Positions 1-8,668 of a stretch of DNA of 19,196 bases are shown here, piece by piece; the stretch's first letter is position 1; each line of letters starts with the position of its first letter. The notes below the pieces were generated by a model. That model saw only the letters and a list, made by a program, of their open reading frames with translations. It was not told where the DNA came from and ran no database searches. The position numbers and the translations under genes were made by a program. The stretch is from positions 1 to 19,196 of the forward strand of contig JAYEKO010000030.1 in the NCBI GenBank assembly GCA_034661055.1, given 5' to 3'. Source of the DNA: Campylobacterota bacterium (GTDB lineage: Bacteria; Campylobacterota; Campylobacteria; Campylobacterales; Sulfurimonadaceae).

Positions 1-913
1 CTTCTAATGTATCTTCTTCTATTTCTGTATCATCCTCTACTGAATCAAGTTCGCCCAGATTTATATCTTCAAGGGGCTCTTCTACACTTTCCTCTTCTTC
101 AATAGCACTCTCTTCTTCTAATTCAAGTTCGTCCAAAGCTATATCTTCAAGAGGTTCTTCTATTGCCTCATCTTCTTCTAGCACTAGTTCATCTAGCTCC
201 ATCGCATCTTCGGCCAGCGTTTCAATAGCCTCATCATCCAAATCAAGATTAAGATCATCTAGTATGTCAGCCACCTCATCACTGCTTTGAGTTGCTTCTT
301 CTGTCTCATCAATCTCTTCATCTTCTAGTAGTGCTTGAACTTCTTGAAGCTCATCTTTATCTAAAACTCCCTCTTGCTCATCACTAATTGACAGCTCAAG
401 ATCATCGTCACTAATATCAAGCTCAACATCATCTAAGGTATCTAAATCTAATTCATCATCATCCAGACTTGAAATTGCATTTTCAAGGTCTAGCTCTTCT
501 TCAACATTTAGCTCTTCTTTAGGTGCATCTGTCTCATCTAAGAGCAGCTCTTCTTCAAAGTCACCTAAATCTATCTCCTCTTCTATTGGCTCTGCTACTT
601 CAACAGACAAGTCAGTAAAGAGATCAACTAAATCTGTTGGTAAAAATGGCTTATTAACCATCATATCAAAACCTTCAGGTCGTTCACTTTCACGACTTCC
701 CATATAGATTTTTTTTCTACAACTAGCCTGAGCTAATACCTGTTCATACAAAGTATTATCAAATAGGGCATCATCAAAAATAAGTAGGTCATAAGAACTG
801 ACATCAATCTCTTCAGAACTTGTAGCGATTTTCAATTCATCACCAGTTTTTTGTGCGCTTAAGGTTACTAGTTTAGTAACAACTGGGTTATTATTAATAA
901 GTAGAATGGTCAT
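1..913 (-). CDS. Highly acidic protein with N-terminal receiver-like (pseudo-receiver) domain; runs off the window start
   Basis: Not in the ORF track; read by hand. ATG at 913, GGAG SD at 921-924. MTILLINNNPVVTKLVTLSAQKTG...YDLLIFDD...VNKPFLPTDLVDLF, then a very D/E-rich tail. Position downstream of fliR matches the C. jejuni 'highly acidic protein' Cj1178c. Confidence 0.85.
   Translation of the reverse strand, partial: MTILLINNNPVVTKLVTLSAQKTGDELKIATSSEEIDVSSYDLLIFDDALFDNTLYEQVLAQASCRKKIYMGSRESERPEGFDMMVNKPFLPTDLVDLFTDLSVEVAEPIEEEIDLGDFEEELLLDETDAPKEELNVEEELDLENAISSLDDDELDLDTLDDVELDISDDDLELSISDEQEGVLDKDELQEVQALLEDEEIDETEEATQSSDEVADILDDLNLDLDDEAIETLAEDAMELDELVLEEDEAIEEPLEDIALDELELEEESAIEEEESVEEPLEDINLGELDSVEDDTEIEEDTLE
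45..200 (-). repeat. Imperfect 78-bp (26-aa) tandem repeat in the acidic tail
   Basis: tcaagttcg...tatatcttcaag at 45 and 123 (offset 78); encodes IEEPLEDIALDELE and VEEPLEDINLGELD. Confidence 0.7.
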
Positions 914-958
914 AAGATAACTCCATTACGAATGAAAATTGAAAATTATTTCGATAAA

Positions 959-974
959 TGATACTATTGTAACA
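959..974. promoter_or_regulatory. Overlapping divergent extended -10 sigma70 promoters
   Basis: Plus strand TGaTACTAT at 959-967 faces ORF 982. Minus strand TGtTACAAT at 974-966 faces the acidic gene. Confidence 0.5.
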
Positions 975-981
975 AAAAAAA

Positions 982-1473
982 ATGAAGATACTGCTATTTA
1001 CACTACTTTTACTATCATTTATTCAGGCAAAGAGTATTTCTCTACTGCTACCGCACCAGTATGATGCAGCAGTGCATCAACTTAACTCACATCTTATGCA
1101 TGCAAAATCACATGTAACACTCTTAACGCCTCATTTGCAAAGTCATGCCCTTAAAAAATCTCTACTCGCTCTTATTAAAAAGAGTATTACTGTCACTTTA
1201 ATTACAACTTCAAAACATCATATGGCTACTGAACTAGTTCAATATGAAAATATTAAGTTTTATCTTCTAAAAAATAGAGCACTTAACTTCTCACTCATCA
1301 TTATAGATGATAAATTTACATGTAAATTATCAGCAGCACTTGACGAAAAAAGTATGAAGTCAGAGTTGTCATTTTTTGAGTGTAGTGATGTTAAGTATAT
1401 GATTGAAGATTCAAAAAAGATATTAAGAGCAGTAACTCCACATATAGAGCCTTACCTAAAAGAGAACTTCTAA
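982..1473 (+). CDS. Exported phospholipase D/Nuc-like domain protein with a degenerate HKD motif
   Basis: Signal peptide MKILLFTLLLLSFIQA. PLD-like pattern (L..AKSHVTLLTP...LKKSLLALIKKSITVTLIT), with LNFSLIIIDDK where HxKxxxxD is expected. Confidence 0.6.
   Translation: MKILLFTLLLLSFIQAKSISLLLPHQYDAAVHQLNSHLMHAKSHVTLLTPHLQSHALKKSLLALIKKSITVTLITTSKHHMATELVQYENIKFYLLKNRALNFSLIIIDDKFTCKLSAALDEKSMKSELSFFECSDVKYMIEDSKKILRAVTPHIEPYLKENF
1313..1328. repeat. Palindrome AATTTACATGTAAATT (recurrent motif)
   Basis: Perfect 16-bp inverted repeat; 19069-19084 matches it at 15 of 16 positions. Confidence 0.85.
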
Positions 1474-2220
1474 CCAGTTGAACGCATTAAGCATCTGAGC
1501 CTTTACAATGTACATACTTGCAGCCAGTGTCGCAATCAAAACGGTAAAGGCAACTCCAATCTTAATAGGAAATCCAATAACTAGAAGATTAAACTGAGGC
1601 ATAGTTTTCATAAGCATTCCAAAAATAACATCAGCTAACCAAGAGAGTGCTACAATTGGAAATGCGATCGTAAAACCAACTAAAAACATATTACCTGCAG
1701 CATGAATGATGTAGTCAAATATATTCTTATCAAGCAAAAAACCACCTAATGGAATTGCTGAAAGTGACTGATTGACATACAGAAGTACCCAGTGGTGTAG
1801 ATCAAGTGAGAATAGAATCATTAAGGCCACAAGTGATAAAAACTGAGAGATAATAGGCATAGAGACACCAGTTTGTGGATCAATTGCAGATGCAAGTGAA
1901 AAACCCATTACAAAAGATATCTGTCCTCCTGCAAAGGTTACCACATGATAGGCTAGCAATAAAACAATACCAATAGTAAGCCCAAAAAGAAATTCACCTA
2001 AAATTGCAATTGCTAATGTTGCAACATTAATCTCAATAGCTAGCGGTGGAAGCGAAGAGAAAAATACAATTGTAAAGAAAAAACTGAGTGCCGCTTTAAT
2101 GGTAATTGGAATACTTGTGTGTGAAAAAATTGGAGTATTTAAAAAAAGTGCAGTAAAACGTACAAAAAGCAGTATGAATGCAACTACTTTTCCCTCAGCA
2201 AAAAGCTGCGCCCACTCCAT
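1456..2220 (-). CDS. fliR: Flagellar type III export apparatus protein FliR
   Basis: Hydrophobic protein with PIFS, GE.LFG, AGGQISFVMGFSLASAIDPQ and KTMPQFNLLVIGFPIKI motifs. Start moved to MEWAQ (ATG 2220), which overlaps the upstream stop (TAATG). Confidence 0.95.
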   Translation of the reverse strand: MEWAQLFAEGKVVAFILLFVRFTALFLNTPIFSHTSIPITIKAALSFFFTIVFFSSLPPLAIEINVATLAIAILGEFLFGLTIGIVLLLAYHVVTFAGGQISFVMGFSLASAIDPQTGVSMPIISQFLSLVALMILFSLDLHHWVLLYVNQSLSAIPLGGFLLDKNIFDYIIHAAGNMFLVGFTIAFPIVALSWLADVIFGMLMKTMPQFNLLVIGFPIKIGVAFTVLIATLAASMYIVKAQMLNAFNWLEVLF

Positions 2221-2864
2221 TATTTTACCTTTATGAGCCGTTGGTTCTCTAAACGATAGACATGGTCGCACTCATATGCTAACTCTTCATCATGAGTTAC
2301 TAAAACCATAGCACTATCATTCTCTTTAACGTAGTCATAAAAAATCTGCATCACATCAGAAGCTGTTTTCGTATCTAGATTACCTGTAGGTTCATCAGCA
2401 AAAATAAGACGCGGTTTTTTAGTCAAAACTCGTGCAATAGAGATGCGCTGCTGCTGACCACCTGAAAGCTCTGTCACCTTTTGATTAATTACATGATCAA
2501 CACCTAAAGATTTTAAGAGTGTTTCATCTATCTTTTGTGATGCTAAGATAGATGCAACCTCTAAGTTCTCTTTAGCAGTAAATCCTTTTAAAAGATAGTG
2601 TGCCTGATAGATTAAACCAATATCATGACGACGCAGCGAAATCAGCTCTTTACTACTTAGCTCATAAATTTTTTTATTAAAAAGTTCAACATCACCACTC
2701 TTTGGTGCTAAAAGAGATGATAATATATGAAGTAGCGTTGATTTACCACTTCCACTAACTCCAATAATAGATAGAGACTCTGAATAATTTAGAGAAATGT
2801 CCACATCGCTAAATAGTGGATAATCAAAGTTATGTGCTAGATTGGTGGCTTTTAAAATTGTCAT
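2220..2864 (-). CDS. ABC transporter ATP-binding protein (LolD/MacB-like ATPase family)
   Basis: Walker [10 protein letters not shown], signature LSGGQQQR, Walker B/D-loop [12 protein letters not shown]-loop VTHD. Confidence 0.93.
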   Translation of the reverse strand: MTILKATNLAHNFDYPLFSDVDISLNYSESLSIIGVSGSGKSTLLHILSSLLAPKSGDVELFNKKIYELSSKELISLRRHDIGLIYQAHYLLKGFTAKENLEVASILASQKIDETLLKSLGVDHVINQKVTELSGGQQQRISIARVLTKKPRLIFADEPTGNLDTKTASDVMQIFYDYVKENDSAMVLVTHDEELAYECDHVYRLENQRLIKVK

Positions 2865-2869
2865 GAGGG

Positions 2870-2875
2870 ATTATA
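2870..2875 (-). promoter_or_regulatory. -10 box TATAAT 5 nt before the ABC ATPase start codon (candidate leaderless promoter)
   Basis: Minus strand GCTATAATCCCTCATG; no SD sequence. Confidence 0.55.
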
Positions 2876-2879
2876 GCTG

Positions 2880-2909
2880 TTTGTTCCCAAGCAAAAGCTT
2901 GAAAACAAA
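2880..2909 (-). terminator. Stem-loop downstream of tsf (probable terminator or processing hairpin)
   Basis: Minus-strand RNA UUUGUUUUCAAGC-UUUU-GCUUGGGAACAAA, a 13-bp stem with G-U pairs; no clear U-tract. Confidence 0.55.
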
Positions 2910-2932
2910 GTTAAAAAAATTCAGTGTGACTA

Positions 2933-3997
2933 TTATGCCATCTGTGCAGCTACTTCTGCAGCAAAGTCATCAACTTTTTTCTCAATACCTTCACCTACTT
3001 CAAGGCGAATAAATGCAGAAACTTCAGCAGTTCCGCCAGCAGCTTTACCAGCTGCAGCAACAGCCTCAGCAACATTCACTTTATCATCAAGAACATAGTT
3101 CTGATCTAAAAGTGCCTGCTCTTTGTCTAGTGTAGTATTATCTTGAATAAAACGAGCAATTTGACCTGGAACAATCTTATCCCAGATTTTCTCTGGTTTA
3201 CCTTGCTCTTTAAGTGCCGCTTTAATGTCAGCTTCTGCTTGTGCCATAACATCATCAGTTAATTGACACATAGAGATGTACTGAGGAACATTGATTAGTG
3301 GTTTTTTAAGACGAGCACGCTCTTCATTCTCAGTTTTAATTGCTTCAATACGTCCTTTAGTCTCTGCTGCAACATAATCAGCATCAAAATCTTTGTAGCT
3401 TAGTGTTGTTGGTTTCATTGCAGATGCATGCATTGCTACCTGTTTTGCAACAGGAGCTAACGCTTCAGCGGTTTTTGCTGAATCACACTCAATAGCAACA
3501 ATAACACCAATACGTGTATTTGAATGAACATAACCGTTAACTACAACAGTGTCATTTCCATTTAATGCAGCAATACGGCGAACTTCAATCTTCTCACCAA
3601 TCTTAGCAACAGTCTCATCAAAGTAAACACTAAATGCCTGACTTTCAAGTTCTGTTGCACGAAGTGCTTCAACTTCACCACAGTTATTCTCAAATGCTTG
3701 AGTTACTGTTGTTGAAACTAAATTTTTAAAACCATCATTTTGTGCAACAAAGTCAGTTTCTGAGTTAACTTCAACCAAGGTTGCTCTTGTGTTATCTGCA
3801 GAAATTTTAAGACCAATTGAGCCTTCAGCTGCAACACGGTCAGCTTTCTTAGCTGACTTAGCTACACCACGCTCACGAAGAAACTCTACCGCTTTATCAA
3901 AGTCATTTTCACACTCTGTTAACGCTTTTTTACAGTCCATCATCGGTGCATCAGTTGCCTGACGAAGTTTTTTAACGTCTGCTGCTGTAACTGCCAT
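2933..3997 (-). CDS. tsf: Translation elongation factor Ts
   Basis: [54 protein letters not shown]; 2 nt downstream of rpsB. Confidence 0.98.
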   Translation of the reverse strand: MAVTAADVKKLRQATDAPMMDCKKALTECENDFDKAVEFLRERGVAKSAKKADRVAAEGSIGLKISADNTRATLVEVNSETDFVAQNDGFKNLVSTTVTQAFENNCGEVEALRATELESQAFSVYFDETVAKIGEKIEVRRIAALNGNDTVVVNGYVHSNTRIGVIVAIECDSAKTAEALAPVAKQVAMHASAMKPTTLSYKDFDADYVAAETKGRIEAIKTENEERARLKKPLINVPQYISMCQLTDDVMAQAEADIKAALKEQGKPEKIWDKIVPGQIARFIQDNTTLDKEQALLDQNYVLDDKVNVAEAVAAAGKAAGGTAEVSAFIRLEVGEGIEKKVDDFAAEVAAQMA

Positions 3998-3999
3998 AA

Positions 4000-4767
4000 T
4001 TACGCTTCCTCTGTTTTAGCTTCTTCAGCTGCTGGAGCTTCTTCAGTTGCAACAACTTCTTCAGTCGCCTCTTCTTCAGAACCACCATCACGAAGTGCTT
4101 TACCTTCGTTAATAGCCTCAGCCATTTCACGACAGAAAAGTTGAATTGAACGGATTGCATCATCATTACCAGGAATTGGGTAGGTGATTAAGTCAGGATC
4201 ACAGTTAGTATCTAGTGGAGCTACAACTGGAATACCTAGACAACGTGCTTCATTAACTGCAATATGCTCTTTAACAGCATCTACAACAAATAGCATGTCT
4301 GGAAGTTTTTTCATCTCACGAATACCACCAAAATAAGAGTTAAGTTTCTCTTTTTGACGACTCATCATTAATGCTTCTTTTTTTGTAAGAAGATCAATTT
4401 GACCACTCTCTTGCATATTTTCAATAATCTCTAATTTACGCATAGATTTCTGAATCGTTGGGAAGTTAGTAAGCATTCCACCTAACCAACGGTTATCAAC
4501 GTATGGCATTGAACAGCTAAGTGCTGCATCTTTAACCGATGTACGAGCCTGTTTTTTAGTACCAACAAATAGAATTGTCTGACCTTCAGCCGCAGCATCA
4601 AGTACAATTTGGTATGTGTTACGGAAGTAACGAAGTGTTTTTTGAAGATCGATAATATATATATTTTTACGAACACCAAAAATATACTTTTTCATTTTCG
4701 GATTCCAACGACGTGTCTGGTGTCCGAAGTGTACACCACATTCTAATAAGTCTTTCATAGTTACCAT
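4000..4767 (-). CDS. rpsB: 30S ribosomal protein S2
   Basis: [45 protein letters not shown]. Confidence 0.99.
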   Translation of the reverse strand: MVTMKDLLECGVHFGHQTRRWNPKMKKYIFGVRKNIYIIDLQKTLRYFRNTYQIVLDAAAEGQTILFVGTKKQARTSVKDAALSCSMPYVDNRWLGGMLTNFPTIQKSMRKLEIIENMQESGQIDLLTKKEALMMSRQKEKLNSYFGGIREMKKLPDMLFVVDAVKEHIAVNEARCLGIPVVAPLDTNCDPDLITYPIPGNDDAIRSIQLFCREMAEAINEGKALRDGGSEEEATEEVVATEEAPAAEEAKTEEA

Positions 4768-4803
4768 AGAGGTCCTTTAAAGGCATTTTCTGCCAGAATT
4801 TTT

Positions 4804-4884
4804 GTCAGTTTACTTCAGTACTGCCAGATAATTTTCTCTATTATTTCAGAGAAATTACACCAACGTTGCAGCAGATACCTGTTT
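4804..4884 (-). ncRNA. rpsB (S2/t44-type) structured leader
   Basis: Outer stem CAGGUAUCUGCU/GGCAGUACUG, inner hairpin UAAUUUCUCU/AGAGAAAAUUA and possible pseudoknot GUUGGU/ACUGAC, directly upstream of rpsB. Confidence 0.65.
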
Positions 4885-4917
4885 AGTTTTACCCAATATT
4901 TTAGATAAAAGCTCGCA

Positions 4918-4923
4918 ATTTTA
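4918..4923 (-). promoter_or_regulatory. Candidate -10 box (TAAAAT) for rpsB-tsf
   Basis: TAAAAT on the minus strand upstream of the leader; a second candidate lies at 4898-4903. Confidence 0.35.
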
Positions 4924-4968
4924 CTGAAAAAGAGCTTAGTTTTTGCTTTTTATAAGATCTTGTCTTAT

Positions 4969-5006
4969 CTATTTGGAAAGGAATAGGCCTTACCTTCCCA
5001 AAATAG
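4969..5006 (-). terminator. Stem-loop just downstream of the 1173-aa gene
   Basis: Minus strand CTATTTTGGGAAGG...CCTTTCCAAATAG, 7 nt after the stop; no U-tract. Confidence 0.5.
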
Positions 5007-5013
5007 TTGCGTC

Positions 5014-8000
5014 TCAATTAGAAAGTGCACAAGTATCTACTTGAACACCTTGGTTATATACATTACATGACTCTAAAACTCCATTACAACTCCATCTTTT
5101 TTCTATCCCATGAAGACGTCCATTATTATAACTAGCCTCTAGATTTAATGTACCATTTTCGCACCATTCAAACGCATTTCCATTAGGATACCCTTGAACA
5201 AAACCATGCTCTGATTTTTGATTACCATTCTCATACCAGACCTTAACGGCTCCATCAATTTCACCACCTTTAAACGGAACCTCTTCTTTCAGTTCTTCAG
5301 TAGGATAAAAATATGTATCTTGTTTAAGAAGTTCTCCTTCTTTAAACAATAGTGTCTGTAATAGTTTTCCATCAGTTCCATATTGTTTAGCATACCCATC
5401 TCTGTTTGCATAGTTAATCTCATAACCACCATCAATGTAAATTTCTCCCTTATGTGGTATTTCACGATCTAGCGTACCTTGTGAACCACCTGCAAAATAG
5501 TTACAATCAATTTTATAGTTACCTTTATCTAACTCATATTGCAAATTATTACTTGGATTTGTACGTGGACACCACTGTGGATTTGGCCAACCTGACCATG
5601 TGTTTGTAGTTTTTTCCTCACACTTTCCGTCTATAATTGTATTTCCATCAGAACATACATTAATGGCAACATATTTATCAATCTCTTCATATTGCAATAC
5701 ACTACTTCCTATAAGCAGAAGATGAAGTAATGTATTACCCTTTTCAATAGCATTTACCGCAAGAGTGTCTCCCCTGTTTAGAGTTGCTATATGTTTGTCT
5801 GCAATAGCCATATCTAGACACTCTTTTCGATTAGTCAAATCAGGTCTAAATCGCTCTTCTATAAGCTCCCCTTTACCAAGTACATGTAAATTTGAAATAT
5901 TCTCTGATGCTTTAACAGTAATCGTATCATCAATTGTGGGAATCATCAACTCATCAACATCATTCATGATATCACTCCACACCTCTACTGGAGGAGTTTT
6001 TTCACCATTTTTCAATGTAATAGATAGCTCTTGCATACCTCTTCGACAGGTCACATTCCATCCTGGAAGCTTGGTAGATGCTGACGAAAGTGTGTAGAGA
6101 CTAAAACTATCAAAAATCTGATCATTGAGACTTGCATCTGATTCCACAAGATAGCCTACATCAACAGGAAAATAGAGTGTATTGCCTCTCTGTTTTGCAC
6201 CAAAAGATTTAAATGTATCAGCCAATGGAGATGTTCCATCAATTGGTATCTCCCCTACAACTCTAAGCGGTATTAGCTCATCAAATGCAGTAGGGTTTGT
6301 AATGTGAATTTCACCCAGTGGAGTTCCAAAACTGTGCTGTACTTCAGGCTTCATGGTATCGGTTTCAAAACCACCAGGATATAAAAATGCATAAGAGTCA
6401 TAAAGAAATAGGTACGGATTAAGTGATACTGAACCTTTTGGAATCTCTTGAAGAAACTCTTTTATCTTATAAAGATCGCGCCTTACTCCCATACTATGTG
6501 TAAATTGTCCTAACTCTAGACCTACAACATCTACTATGTTATCGAATCCTGGAACGGCCTCTGTAAACATTTGAGCGATACCAACACCAACTTCAGCTGC
6601 TTTTAGAACTCCAATCCATGTTAAACCATTTCCTCTCACCTCAGAGATAAACTCGGAAGCATCAGCCCCCGTTAATGCCCCTTCAATAATAAATGCGGCA
6701 ACATCACCACTTACTGGTATGGCACCAATTCCTGCCGCAGTTGTTTCAATTGCAATTTTTTCTCCATCAAAATGTCCTTGTTTCAACAGCAAATCTAACT
6801 GCTCATTGAGCTTATTAATATCTACAACAGCTTTACGAAGTGGTGATGCACCTGATACATTCTCTTCAGACAGTTCACGATTAAGAAGCTCATCCGTACC
6901 CATTCGTTTAATCTTCCATGTTCCATTGACTTTTTTTAGAGTCGTCATTACACCTTGGTTGACTTGATTCTTACCATCAGTTGTTTGAATGCTAAATGAA
7001 ACTTCTGTACGAACTATGGCGGAGGTTCCTTTTGCATCTATAGCAGCAACTCGATGAGAAAAGTCAAAATTTGTAAAAGATGCGTTTGATTTCACTACAT
7101 TAAGTAGCTCACGCGTTGTCGTTTGAACCTTGGAACTATAGTCTGAAAAATCACACTCTGCTAAAAAATCATTAACATTTTCATTGACTTGTGCTTTAAG
7201 AGCACGTTCTACAACACTACCTGGTAAATTTTCATCAGAAGGTTCATCAACCGTACCTGTACCAAAAGTAATAGTTTTCTTATCACTTGAGACTGAGTAC
7301 TCAATATCTATCTTTTGTGAATAGGCAAAGTTTCCTGTTGCGGTGACCCCTTCAAGTTTATAGACCGCATCAAAGCCGTTTCCGACCAAGATCCAGTCAT
7401 ATTTACCGTTACCATCACTGTCCCAGTCACCTAAGTAGCTCATATACCATGATGGGGTACTAGGATTAACGGTGACTTTTTTCCATCCAAAGGCATCATT
7501 GGCTGAGGGAGCGATTCCTTGTAGTTGATAGACGACATCAGTTGGTGTGACAAAGGTCCAGTCAAAGGCATCATCAACACCGGCAAAATTGTATGGGGCA
7601 AAGCTTCCTGATACGTTGTAGGTTTTTGTACTTATGAGTCTATTTTTTAAAGTGCTAAGGTTACTGCTTAGAATATCTTCTGTTGGTACTAGGTCACTGC
7701 CACTTGGATGCAGATCACAATACTCACCTAAAAGACTCCACTGAGTAGTGTACTCTTGGAGTGCACCATCTTTATCTATCATGTAGCCTCGATTACCAAC
7801 AATCATTCTTGCTTCTTGAGAACTACTAGAGTATTGATACCCTTCACTAATACTGTGTGCAAACCACTTTCCTGCCACAATGGTACCATCACTTTTTTTG
7901 TAGACACCGTAACCGTTATACTGACTATCTATAAAGTCACCAATATAGAAGCTGCCATCACTATAGCTCTTTAGTCCAATACCGTCAGTACAACTTCCTT

Positions 8001-8535
8001 CACACGAAGACGAGGCACGCAACATATTGGCATAATATATTTTACACCCATCTCCTACAAAATCACCATCATCAAAAGCACCATACTCAGTAGTGGTTCC
8101 ATTGACATAAAAGCCCATACCCTCAACTACCCAGTAACCATCGCTGTCTAGAGCAAAGTTACCTATGTATTTCTTAGTATCACTCCATGACAACACCCCA
8201 AAACTTGGCACCATATTTGACCAATGAGCAGCAAGACCGTAATCAATAGAAACATAGACGCCAACACCATCAAGTGGAAAGTTGCCACTACCATCTGGAC
8301 CCCATTTTCCAATTGCAGCATCACCATTTGAGTAAAAATAGTACCCATAACCGTAATCACAGTCCCCAACAATACAACCCTCACCATAAGATAGCCTTGT
8401 ATTTATAGAACCACTCTGTACAACTTCAGTTTCACTTTTAAAACCAGCTTGCACTATCGGTTTTAATGTTCCACTACTTACTGCACTCAGTAGCGTTGTA
8501 TATAATAAAATAAGACCTATAATTAATCTCAACAT
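5014..8535 (-). CDS. Large secreted mosaic protein: MORN repeats, shared 139-aa module, NTF2-like domain, Gly/Ala helical segment, Ig-like domain, C-terminal MORN-variant repeats
   Basis: Signal peptide MLRLIIGLILLYTTLLSA; GCIVGDCDYGYG and YIGDFIDSQYNGYGVY (MORN); LKKVNGTWKI (NTF2-like); IADKHIATL..VNAIEKGNT (Big_2-like); DGAVKVWYENGNQKSE and HGIEKRW (MORN_2). SD AAGGGG. Confidence 0.8.
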   Translation of the reverse strand: MLRLIIGLILLYTTLLSAVSSGTLKPIVQAGFKSETEVVQSGSINTRLSYGEGCIVGDCDYGYGYYFYSNGDAAIGKWGPDGSGNFPLDGVGVYVSIDYGLAAHWSNMVPSFGVLSWSDTKKYIGNFALDSDGYWVVEGMGFYVNGTTTEYGAFDDGDFVGDGCKIYYANMLRASSSCEGSCTDGIGLKSYSDGSFYIGDFIDSQYNGYGVYKKSDGTIVAGKWFAHSISEGYQYSSSSQEARMIVGNRGYMIDKDGALQEYTTQWSLLGEYCDLHPSGSDLVPTEDILSSNLSTLKNRLISTKTYNVSGSFAPYNFAGVDDAFDWTFVTPTDVVYQLQGIAPSANDAFGWKKVTVNPSTPSWYMSYLGDWDSDGNGKYDWILVGNGFDAVYKLEGVTATGNFAYSQKIDIEYSVSSDKKTITFGTGTVDEPSDENLPGSVVERALKAQVNENVNDFLAECDFSDYSSKVQTTTRELLNVVKSNASFTNFDFSHRVAAIDAKGTSAIVRTEVSFSIQTTDGKNQVNQGVMTTLKKVNGTWKIKRMGTDELLNRELSEENVSGASPLRKAVVDINKLNEQLDLLLKQGHFDGEKIAIETTAAGIGAIPVSGDVAAFIIEGALTGADASEFISEVRGNGLTWIGVLKAAEVGVGIAQMFTEAVPGFDNIVDVVGLELGQFTHSMGVRRDLYKIKEFLQEIPKGSVSLNPYLFLYDSYAFLYPGGFETDTMKPEVQHSFGTPLGEIHITNPTAFDELIPLRVVGEIPIDGTSPLADTFKSFGAKQRGNTLYFPVDVGYLVESDASLNDQIFDSFSLYTLSSASTKLPGWNVTCRRGMQELSITLKNGEKTPPVEVWSDIMNDVDELMIPTIDDTITVKASENISNLHVLGKGELIEERFRPDLTNRKECLDMAIADKHIATLNRGDTLAVNAIEKGNTLLHLLLIGSSVLQYEEIDKYVAINVCSDGNTIIDGKCEEKTTNTWSGWPNPQWCPRTNPSNNLQYELDKGNYKIDCNYFAGGSQGTLDREIPHKGEIYIDGGYEINYANRDGYAKQYGTDGKLLQTLLFKEGELLKQDTYFYPTEELKEEVPFKGGEIDGAVKVWYENGNQKSEHGFVQGYPNGNAFEWCENGTLNLEASYNNGRLHGIEKRWSCNGVLESCNVYNQGVQVDTCALSN
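7261..7677 (-). repeat. Shared module, copy 1 (aa 287-425 of the 1173-aa protein)
   Basis: Ungapped match to 10562-10978 (offset 3301); 7261-7362 is identical to 10562-10663. Confidence 0.95.
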
Positions 8536-8668
8536 AACAAACCCCTTATGTTTTAAATTGCTTCTCCTATTTAAATAATACTCCCAATAACTAAAATGAC
8601 TTCTTAAAACTCACACTTCTTATAACAGATATACTTCAACTGTACTGGTTTTTACTAGAATATGTACA

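Noticed and set aside
2221..2271. Longer fliR start given in the ORF track
   Set aside because: It overlaps the ABC gene by 52 nt; the ATG at 2220 gives a normal 254-aa FliR with stop/start coupling.
7294..7303. TGAGTACTCA palindrome (also 10595-10604) resembling a SlmA site
   Set aside because: It appears twice only because it lies in the duplicated coding module, and SlmA is not expected in this lineage.
8641..8668. Possible terminator between the two large genes
   Set aside because: Only a short imperfect stem, with no U-tract on the coding strand.
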